From Mayamaea pseudoterrestris (Eukaryota), in contig BROI01000001.1 in assembly GCA_027923505.1 (NCBI GenBank), forward strand, positions 124,001 through 188,000: DNA of 64,000 nt, in the 5' to 3' direction. Under the pieces are notes generated by a model. It was not told the origin of the DNA. It worked only from the letters and a program-made list of their open reading frames with translations, and ran no database searches. Position 1 is the stretch's first letter. Every line of letters begins with the position of its first letter. The position numbers were made by a program, and so were the translations under genes. Shown in pieces: positions 55,126-64,000 of the stretch.

Positions 55126-55768
55126 GGTAACGGCGAATGAGTGTAGCGACTTGGGACGTCTGCGGCAAACCGTTAGCTTGCTTTTTCAGTTCGCAATCAA
55201 TGGATCGGCGCGTATTCGAAAAGCAAAACCTTTCAAATTGTTGACGTATCAGAGAAGGTAATGAAAAACTTGCTGGTTGGATCAAGAAGATTCGACAAGC
55301 TCAATTTGTGCGGTGTTCTCAGTTCCACGGCTAATTCCGCGAGGCTGCTTTACAGATATATGGTCAAGTTGGAAAGTAGACGCTACACTAGACGGTGCTT
55401 GCCATGACACAGCTATCGGCGCTATGATCAAACATATAACTCATCTCATGGTGTTGAACGAACGTCAATCCGTTTCCAGCGTCACGTCGAAAAAGTCATC
55501 CATGCGTGACCACTAATGACTCATAATGACTTTGGGATACCAATCTTGCGTTGGCAAGATCCAAAATGACTCCTCTGAGGTCATTGCAGGAAAAAAACGA
55601 CTAATTGGGTTCATCTAAAATCGCAAAGGAGTTGATGAAGCAAGATTCAGTCGCGGTCATCATGGTCTTCATGAAGATGTGTCGACCCATCACAAGTCGA
55701 GTCGCTTGCTTGCTTGCTCCTCTATCCCAAACTCCATTGACCGTACCCATCAAATATAACATAAAAAC

Positions 55769-56546
55769 ATGCCGGACGAAGAAGATTTGCAGTGGAAGAA
55801 GCCAGATTGGGTGAGTATCATATGGATAAAAAAGACGAGGAGATGCATGAGTGGATCATGATGTTCTTCACTTCGATGGACTGGTGTTTCACACTCGCGC
55901 GCAAGCATCTCACACATCTTGCGTTTGTATGTTCACGTGATTCACAGGCCACCAGCGGACCGAAACTAAAGTCTACGGGCAAGAATCTAAAGGGAGGCGA
56001 AAACCTAGCCAAGCCCATTACCAACTTGCCGCACATGAAGGGAGAGGATCAAACCAACTTTGAAGCTCCAAAGTGGACGGCAGACGTTCAACCGTCGGAC
56101 ATTCCGTCCAATTTGGCCAAGGAGATTACGAGTGCAACTTCTAATGCTTCTCTAGCGGTGAGTGAATGAGGGAGAGGATGTGGGAGAGAATGTTAACGTT
56201 GTGTGTCCGTTCATTTCGTGAACGTTGAGTTATGGATTGGTAAACCGTAATGAGGCGCATAACACGAATGATGTTAAAAGTTGCAATCATTTATTTGCAC
56301 GTGCACTTGCGGAGACGACGATTAAGCGAACTGAAAAGGAAGATGACAGTGGTCGTGTTGTTGCGTATGGTTCATCCACCAACTCACTCACTCCCATTTA
56401 CTCGTCAATTACTCTCTCTGATTCAGTTCGAAAAACCAGATTGGACCAAGGAACGACCCGTCAAGCAATCCGAGAAGGGCGCCGCACTCAAGGAAGGAAA
56501 GGAGATTGCCCGACCCATTGGAGGCATCAAGCCGGTGGAGGATTAA
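55769..56546 (+). CDS. 123-aa repeat-only protein (family member C); exons 55769-55810, 55948-56157, 56427-56546
   Basis: Two phase-0 GTGAGT..CAG introns give MPDEEDLQWKKPDW-ATSGPKLKSTG...LAKPITNLP...-FEKPDW...ARPIGGIKPVED*. Confidence 0.85.
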
Positions 56547-56811
56547 CTGGTAAAAACGAACGACGTACTTGGTAAAGTAGCAATGGTTTTACTTGCGTAA
56601 ACAAACTTGCTATTGTAGTGTCGTAATGAGGTGGAAGCTGGCACGTTGCGGATGCAAATAATGATCCATCACATTGACCATATGTACAGTACCGATCCAG
56701 AAGTCTCGTCACCGTCACACTCAATCATACATGACAAGCAGAAATCATATTTACTACAGTGCCTATACCATGCTCGCCCTCTACTTTAAAATGAGATACT
56801 CTCCATCATAA

Positions 56812-57780
56812 TCAATTCGCCATATCGTAAAGTTTCAAGGCAAACTGCGTCAGAATAGAAAGCATGAGCATGACTGCCAGCAGCGTCGGCCCCGTGGTAT
56901 CTTCGTAAGGTCCCGGATGCCTCGTTCGAATCATCATGGCCCGTCGCTTGTACTGGTACATGCTATACAATATGAAGCAAATGGCAACGGGAAGCAAAAT
57001 GACGCCATATAGTTGCGACAGTGGATTGTTTGCCTGCGCAAAGGCCAAAATGGCAATGCTTCCACCGGCCAAAATGACGCTGAGATGCATCCATGCCAGA
57101 AAGGTTCGCTCGTTGGCAAAGAATACTGTGAAATGGTATAGATATAGCAATGTAGAGAAACATTTCGTAAGCAAGCAGTCGTCATCGCACAGGCCATCGA
57201 CTCTATCTACGGTATCGCGTCTTTCACTCCACTCCACAATCCTCCTTACCTTTTGGTTCCACTTTAATGGGAGCCTTTCGTGTCTTGACAAGTGTTCCAA
57301 TGTCTCCATATTTTCGGTCACTCGTCAAGGCGTTACTATTTCGCTTGTTGCTTCCTCCTCCAAACAGTTTGGTCCAAATGCCTGGCTGCTGCTTACTACC
57401 ACTACCATCAGTTCCATTGACGACGCGATTCGTGGGAACCTTGCGAATCGCTTGCGCCGGGCTTTTCTATGAAGCAATAGAAAGAAGAATGCAGTTAGTC
57501 AATGTGTGATTCTATCGAGCGATTCTCCGTCCTTCCGTGTTCTCTCACGCCCACGAGTCTTGATCAGAATCGACCCAGTTCCATTAAAATCACCATAGAC
57601 TTCTCAACATACCAACGGCTCCAAGACGCGCGGCGCAAACTCCTCCTCGGAGGCACCTTCCGGCAAGCCTTCCACCTCTCGCTCGTTGGTGGTGCTTGTG
57701 GCGCGGTTCAAAAAGTACCACTGCTTGCTGCCATTGTCGTTGCTCGTCGGCGATAGAAGACGACTCGACTCGTTTGGCAT
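56812..57780 (-). CDS. VTC1: VTC1-like vacuolar transporter chaperone subunit (DUF202); introns 57467-57612 and 57126-57249
   Basis: The spliced product contains PIKVEPKVFFANERTFLAW, three TM helices and GPYEDTTGP. Confidence 0.85.
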
Positions 57781-57904
57781 GTTGTATTGTTACTTGTGTA
57801 ACAGCAAATACTGTTTTAGAAGTCTTTTACAACTGTTGTTTGTCGAAAAAGGCAGCAAACAGCAACAAGGTGCAGTTGCGCGGTTGTGGAGGGAGGCGCG
57901 CGCT

Positions 57905-57924
57905 CAGATTCGCCGCCGAATCTG
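57905..57924. promoter_or_regulatory. Inverted repeat CAGATTCG-N4-CGAATCTG in the divergent promoter (candidate PSR/PHR-type site)
   Basis: Perfect 8-bp arms about 125 bp upstream of the VTC1-like ATG. Confidence 0.45.
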
Positions 57925-58169
57925 TATGAACCTGAAACCTTAATTGAACCTTGAACCTTAACTGAGATTGACCGTCCGACGGACAGACGAGACCGGTCAG
58001 ACTTTGTGTCAAAGCGCGCGCCAGCCAATCCCAACGGTCAACGAAACGCACCGGTTAACGCACCGCGACGAAGAACAAAGCATCATCCAAGCAGCTTGCT
58101 TGCGACAATCCGCATCACCTCCCAAAGAAGGAATTGCAGGCAAGAATAAGAGAGGAGAATTTACGGTTC

Positions 58170-58225
58170 ACAATCTATTAATAAAGCCTGCTTGACGACA
58201 ATCTATTAATAAAGCCTGCTTGACG
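58170..58225. repeat. Perfect 28-bp tandem duplication
   Basis: ACAATCTATTAATAAAGCCTGCTTGACG occurs twice, ending just before the ATG at 58230. Confidence 0.95.
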
Positions 58226-58229
58226 AATC

Positions 58230-60596
58230 ATGTCGGCGTTTAGTCCAGCGGCTGCAGCATCGTCTACAGCTGTCGCTGCCAATGAAACTGCGGACGTGAC
58301 ATCATCCATTGCTCCATCTCGCACTGCAGCAAAGGCGGCTGCGAATGGAACGTTACTGGAGGCTGCCTTTGTAGATCCTGCCTATACATGGCCGCCGCCA
58401 GAAGGTCAAGGCAAGAACGTTGTTGAACTGCGCGCGAGCTTGGTGGCGGCCTTGGCAGCTGGCGACAATGATGATGACGTTTCCGTCTTGACGACTGATT
58501 CACTCAAGGAGCGCATGAAGCTGCCACCCAAACCGCACGACTATTTCAAGTATACTTGGTGGAAGTGCTGCGGCGGTTCCGGTGTGGATACCATTGCCTT
58601 TCGATCCTACGAGCAGCGCAAAGCGGATGCACTCTTGGCGCGCAAGGAGTATGCAACGTTTTCCAAGCTTCGCGCCAAGCAGCATACTGGTCGTAACAAG
58701 TATACGTCTGTTCCGGAAGGTATTTTGGTTTATCGCCTCGACACCAGCAATCGTCTGCTGCAGCTCTTGTCCAGTCCGCATCCAAAGACGGATCTAGCGA
58801 CGCTCGTGACAACCATGACCATTGTCCGAGCGGCGCCGTCGAACGACTCTTCGCGACGCGGATTGACACTCACGGGTCAGGATGGCAAGTCGGTTACCTT
58901 GATTGCCTGCGAGCAGCGCACGGCCACGGCGTGGTTGGAAGCCATGAGTCTCATGGCGGCCAAGACCAAGTGGAGCGTGTTGCGAAACAAGGGTGGGGTG
59001 AGTAATACAGTAATGTGGCAGTCTCTTGCAATGATTCAATGCATGTCTCATATATTTGTATCTTCAATCAATCATTAGGCAATCAAAAGTCTTTGGCACA
59101 AGGAGAAGCTCAGTGACGATGACTTGGAGGAGATTGAAGGCTCCTATCTCAACCTTGCAAACTACAGCAACAAGCTCATTCGCACGGGTGCACTTGGTCA
59201 CAAGAAGGGCTCGAGCGGCGCCGGAAACATTTACTACTCCATGGAACGCGTCGAACACGCTAACGACGATGAGCAGGAAGCGGAGGCGTTGGAGGCGATT
59301 GCCAAGCGCCGCGCCGTCATCAAGGACAGCTGGGACTTTTATCGCATGATTTGCAGTCTTTTGCGTGACCGCAACAAGTACAATGAAGCCTTTCGTCGCG
59401 TGCAGCTTGATCCAGTCTATCCATACTTGAATTCCATGACTGGACTCAATGATCCTGGTGATGTTGGTTATGAGAATCCAGACAAGGCTGTCATGCAAAA
59501 CGACTTGGCCATTTATGCGAAAATGAGCAAGACGCAAGTGGCCAAGCATCTAGTGGCACAAGCGGAAGGAGCCATGGCAAGTCTTGTTGACATTTGCAAG
59601 GCTTTGGCGGGAAGCTTGGGCATGGAGGAGGTTGGGATTGGTCCAATCAAGGAACCAGAGGCGGCTCTTCGAAAGGCGGAGAAGAAGTATGACGGCGACT
59701 TGCTCAAGGTGACGGACTATTGTCGGGCACTGCTAGTCGTCAAGGATCTTCCCAGTCTCTTGGCGTTGCTGGAACTGGCGAGGGACTCGTTTGGTCCTCT
59801 CATTCGACGCGTCAAACTGTCCTCGCTGAAGGAAGCCCACAAGGCGAAACCGGGTGGCTATCGCGACTGTATCATCAATGTTGAACTCAAGGGCCACATT
59901 TGCGAAATTCAGGTGCACCTTTGGCCCATGTGGATTGTTTGCGGCGTTGACGGCTTTCGCCACTATCGTCACTGCGTCGAATACAAGACTGACACCTTTG
60001 ACGATGTGTACGACGCCCTCGATGGTCTGGATCGCAAGACCATGGCGGAATTGATTCTCATGGCGGAGGAGGCTGTCGCTGAAACGCCATTGAGCAACTT
60101 GGAATGGTACCATGAAAAATATATACTTGATTATTTCGCCGAGGCTGGCCTGTTTATGAAGCACGGCCTGGACGTTTGGGCCGAGTTAATCTTTCGCCAG
60201 CTCATCAAGCTCCGCATTGAAGCTCCTGATATTGGACCGGATCATCACGAGACAATTGTCCTCTACAAGTATCTGGCCACGACGCTTCGAGCCCAAAACA
60301 AGTACGAGGAGGCCAAGGAGATACAAGCTCGCGTCAAGGCTTCGGAAACGGCCAAGAGTAAGGAAAAGAAGCAAGCGGAGCAGTCCATTTTCGAGTCAAT
60401 CTTGAATGCACCGGCGGAAGCCTTTGACATGATCCTGGACCCGAATCGCAAGGATCGCGAAGATGAGCAAAAGCTTCGCAAGGATGTCAAGGCGAGCAAG
60501 AAGCGCTGGCGCATGATTCGGGCGGAACGATTTGCCTTTTTGGATGCCGGCGCGGTTGGATCCAAAACGTCGGAAGAGAAGAAGACGTCCCGATAG
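58230..60596 (+). CDS. PH-like + RelA/SpoT-like nucleotidyltransferase + TPR-like protein; intron 58998-59078
   Basis: A GTGAGT..TTAG intron joins ORFs 58230 and 59124 in frame. Motifs: GPIK...LRK..KKYDGD...TDYCR, GGYRD, CEIQVH, GPDHHET. PH-like ...LIACEQRTATAWLEAM. Confidence 0.8.
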
Positions 60597-60797
60597 AGAC
60601 GAAGAGGTTCTGTCAACTACAGTCGTACTCTGTTAATTTGTGCTAGTGTAATACATAATATTCAGTTGAGAACTTTATATTGTTATGTACCATTATCTAA
60701 TACCTTAAAATCGATAAACCATGACCCAGTGTGACTGCAGGCGGATGCGGCGGATAGCATTATTCTGGTCGAAATTTGTAAGGTCCGTTAATACTAA

Positions 60798-61979
60798 TCA
60801 TGGGGGTACAGCCTTGGAAAATTGCGACGGTTGATAATCAAGACCCTTCATCCACGGAATCATTGAGGCATGCACCAGCTCCGGCGCCTCATCGTGTGGG
60901 CAATGTCCAACGTTTGGCAATACTTCGAGTCGAAAGTCTACATGCTCGGCAATATAATTGTGAAACAGACTGCCTGGATGCTTGCCAGCATCGACTGGCG
61001 TCCATGGATCGGCCCCGCCCCAAAGAGCAAGTATGGGACACTGAATGTTTGGCAATATTGATTCCGGCGTTGGACCTGGTGGTCCAGCAAACGTTTTGAG
61101 AAAGACTTGCTCGGCGTGCTCGTCATCCGACGGTTTCACTAAAATCTCCAGCAGCTCCTCGTCAACATTGGCGACGTTTCGATAGACTCCTTGTGTCGTC
61201 AGTATGCTCCTTACATTCTCCCTCGTCTTGAAGTCGGCAAAGAAACGACCACCTAGTTGAGGACCAAGCATTACCTTTTGCACAAAAAACAAAATGGGTT
61301 GCAAGTAGACTGGAACATCCTCGTAGCGAAAGCCCGTCATGCCGCCAGCGCAGTTGAGCAGAACAATTCCTCGAATGTACTCTGGAATGCGTTCCGTCAC
61401 GCGGAGACTGCACAAGCCGCCAATACTATTGCCAGCAATAATCCATGGCTTATTCGTGTGCATGGCTTGCATAAAGTCAACAATGAGTGACGCAAACAAG
61501 TCGATCGAGTAGGCTGCGTTAGGCGGCTTGTCGCTGGCACCAAAGCCAAGCAAGTCAATCGCGTAGACTCGATATCCTTCCGTTACCAGCGCTGGAAACT
61601 GGAAGCGAAAGTGATTCACATTGGCTCCAAACCCATGAATCAATAATATGGGAGGTCCGTCAATGGGACCTTCGACGCGATAGTTGATATTGTAGCGATG
61701 TTGATCGTCGCTGCAATCCCAAACAAATGTTTCATAGTTTCGTCGTACCCCTAACAGACCAATTAGAAAAGCATTCCAACCAGGGCTTAGTTTCGTTTCG
61801 TCGTCCTGGTCTCGACTCGGAGTCGTCGCGAATCGTTGCGACGAAGAAGGAGAAGCTTCGCTGACTCGAAAACGAGCCGTCGACGAGGGCGAAAACGCCG
61901 GCAAACGAAAGGCTGCGACGCTGAAGATCGAGCTAATCACGACCAAAATAGTCATTAGTCGACTCGATAGCGATACCAT
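60798..61979 (-). CDS. Plastid-targeted alpha/beta hydrolase (pheophytinase-like family)
   Basis: Signal peptide followed by AAF; LIHGFG, DLLGFGASDKP, GNSIG and GHCPHDE. Confidence 0.88.
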   Translation of the reverse strand: MVSLSSRLMTILVVISSIFSVAAFRLPAFSPSSTARFRVSEASPSSSQRFATTPSRDQDDETKLSPGWNAFLIGLLGVRRNYETFVWDCSDDQHRYNINYRVEGPIDGPPILLIHGFGANVNHFRFQFPALVTEGYRVYAIDLLGFGASDKPPNAAYSIDLFASLIVDFMQAMHTNKPWIIAGNSIGGLCSLRVTERIPEYIRGIVLLNCAGGMTGFRYEDVPVYLQPILFFVQKVMLGPQLGGRFFADFKTRENVRSILTTQGVYRNVANVDEELLEILVKPSDDEHAEQVFLKTFAGPPGPTPESILPNIQCPILALWGGADPWTPVDAGKHPGSLFHNYIAEHVDFRLEVLPNVGHCPHDEAPELVHASMIPWMKGLDYQPSQFSKAVPP

Positions 61980-62477
61980 GATTTAAAACGCCAGTGTTGG
62001 TTTTTAGCTGGTATAATGTGGACGTTTGCAATGTGAAGTGCATGATCTTTTTGGATGCGGCGAACAGAATTTTAGTCGTAGTACGACGTGTGTGTGTCAC
62101 AGTGGTTCAGACCAAAATGACTTTCACAATCTACTCGAGTATCAAGCAAGACCGGAATTCCTTAACATGTACACTACAAGTCATAGTCGAACACTCTGAC
62201 ACGACTGACAATGACCGACTGACCGCGCGACGGCGCGGCGACGTGTTGGATGCGAAAAAGTCCGAGACAAGTCAAGACCATCGCTGCAGCAAAGAATGAT
62301 AACAGCAAAAAAGTCTGATTGCATATACATATCGACAACTGGGCTGTATCGTACGTAAGGCCGGAGTTTGTGTGTGTCGCCGATGGACAATACATTTTAC
62401 GACTAAATGCTCTTGTCGCTCACTTGCTAGTAATTGCTAATTGAACATCTCATTGCCTTGTTACTCCTTGCAGCAGC

Positions 62478-64000
62478 ATGACGGAAACGACTCCGATGAA
62501 TGAAACCACTGGCGCTGCGGACGCAGACATGAACGCCATGCCGATTGACGATTTGCTGGAAGCCATTCGACAAAAGCGAGAAACGCTGCAGGTTTTGAAA
62601 TCGGATATGGAACATGGCGGCGGCGAGCCCATCAAGGAGCAGCAGCAGCAACCAGATTTTGAAGAGCAAACGACCCATTGTATTGCGACGGAGTCGCCGA
62701 TGGAAGACAATGCAGCTATTTCTTCATCTGACTGCAATCACACCAACGAGTCAAAAATTGTAGGGCAGGAGCAGGAGGATGACGACGATGAAGAGGAGGA
62801 GGAAGAAGTGATTGAGGAAGTTAGCGTCTGCACGGCTGATCTTGGACCAGAGGACGACCTCAGCTATCAAGAGGTTTGGGAGGAGGAAATTATTGAAGAT
62901 GACGACGAAGATGAGCCGTTTCTGTACGAGGACGTGGGGTCTGCTGCCTTGAGGCCTGTTGTAGTCGAAGGAATGGCCCTGCAGGAAGCCCAAGCTGTGG
63001 ACGCTAACGATATCACGGAGGATTTTTACGATGAGGAGGAAGTCACGGAGTCGCAAGCGGAAGATGCAATGGATCCAGTTGTCATCAAAGAGTCTATGCC
63101 GGTGCACGAGGAGCCATCAGTCAGCAAGACGAAAGAGACTCCTTCTTCTGTGCCGATTGTTACTGTCTCGGAGGCGCCTGCTCCTACGCCTCCAGTTGTT
63201 GCAGCAATTCCGGCTCCGCTCATCGCCGTCCCGACGATGGTTACAGTGACACCTCCAGCGGAAGATGTCGCGATGGCACAGCATGCTCCAATCATTGAAA
63301 AGCGAAAGGAGCGATACAACAAGCTTGGAAATCGCTTAAAGAACATTTGGAAGCCTCCCAATGCGCTTGTTTCGACCGGAGCTTTGTCTGATGAACCCAA
63401 CGCAGCGTCAGTGGACCCAGCAATTGATGATGATAACGCAGACACTGTCGCCACCGACAACGAGACGAACGAGCAACCCGAGATTGCTGCTCCATCGCAA
63501 CCTGTGCCAACGACTCCTGCCGAAACGCCGCAAAAGAAAGTACCTTCACGGCGGCAGAAATCATTTTCTAAAATGCTGGGTATTCGAGGACAACACGAAG
63601 CCAAGGAGGCCAAGGAGTCTGCTGCGGAAACGGAAGCACCAGTATCTTTGACCGACGACAATCCTCGTCCAAAGGTTGCACCGCCAAAGCGGCAAAAGTC
63701 TCTATCCAAACTCCTGGGAGGCGGGCGTCAAAAGTCACTGACTAAGCAAGACGCCATGACTGCAGTCGTTAAAAGCGACGAGAAGGTCAAGCCGGCGCCG
63801 CGAAGACAAAAGTCCTTTTCGAAAATGCTTTCAAACCTACGCCAAACATCTGATCCAGACAAGAAGAAGGTTCGAAAGCTGGTAGCCGTCCGCCAAGTTT
63901 CCAACAAGTCTGATATGGAAGCCGGCGTTATTACGGAACAGACCGTCACGACGACTGAAGAGCAAGCGACTTTACCCACCGTATCACATACCGAACGCGC
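62478..64000 (+). CDS. Long acidic low-complexity protein, truncated by the window end
   Basis: The frame from ATG 62478 (MTETTPMNE...) has no stop up to base 64000, so it is absent from the ORF track. Glu/Asp-rich, with RQKS repeats. Confidence 0.75.
   Translation, partial: MTETTPMNETTGAADADMNAMPIDDLLEAIRQKRETLQVLKSDMEHGGGEPIKEQQQQPDFEEQTTHCIATESPMEDNAAISSSDCNHTNESKIVGQEQEDDDDEEEEEEVIEEVSVCTADLGPEDDLSYQEVWEEEIIEDDDEDEPFLYEDVGSAALRPVVVEGMALQEAQAVDANDITEDFYDEEEVTESQAEDAMDPVVIKESMPVHEEPSVSKTKETPSSVPIVTVSEAPAPTPPVVAAIPAPLIAVPTMVTVTPPAEDVAMAQHAPIIEKRKERYNKLGNRLKNIWKPPNALVSTGALSDEPNAASVDPAIDDDNADTVATDNETNEQPEIAAPSQPVPTTPAETPQKKVPSRRQKSFSKMLGIRGQHEAKEAKESAAETEAPVSLTDDNPRPKVAPPKRQKSLSKLLGGGRQKSLTKQDAMTAVVKSDEKVKPAPRRQKSFSKMLSNLRQTSDPDKKKVRKLVAVRQVSNKSDMEAGVITEQTVTTTEEQATLPTVSHTER

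Noticed and set aside
17026..57780. Possible phosphate/inositol functional cluster (ITPK1, SAC1, VTC1-like)
   Set aside because: The genes are spread over 40 kb among unrelated housekeeping genes; chance co-location is sufficient.
57927..57963. Telomere-like GAACC repeats
   Set aside because: Too few and irregular for an interstitial telomere; treated as promoter motifs.

Overview
Gene-dense eukaryotic DNA with short GT-AG introns and bipartite plastid-type presequences, most likely a pennate diatom (inference). It holds about 33 protein-coding genes. I saw no rRNA, tRNA, CRISPR array or recognisable transposon. Housekeeping genes include UPF1, a double-length TyrRS, RPL7, prohibitin, Nup133-like, NSUN2-like, SAC1, ITPK1, VTC1-like and an ShK-P4H. 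Five things stand out: (1) an F-box protein apparently carrying a degenerate histone H3-H4 doublet; (2) a UIM/MIU + NZF + amidoligase + C2H2 fusion; (3) a PH + RelA/SpoT-like synthetase + TPR-like fusion with no plastid presequence; (4) three genes, one absent from the ORF track as a whole, sharing an unnamed ~37-40 aa W/F-x-K-P-x-W / LKxTxxG..KPIT repeat; (5) a presequence-bearing candidate beta-barrel. Sequence around 3.0-4.6 kb and 25.7-26.6 kb looks degraded (pseudogene decay or assembly error). All domain calls come from motif recognition by eye; no searches were run.
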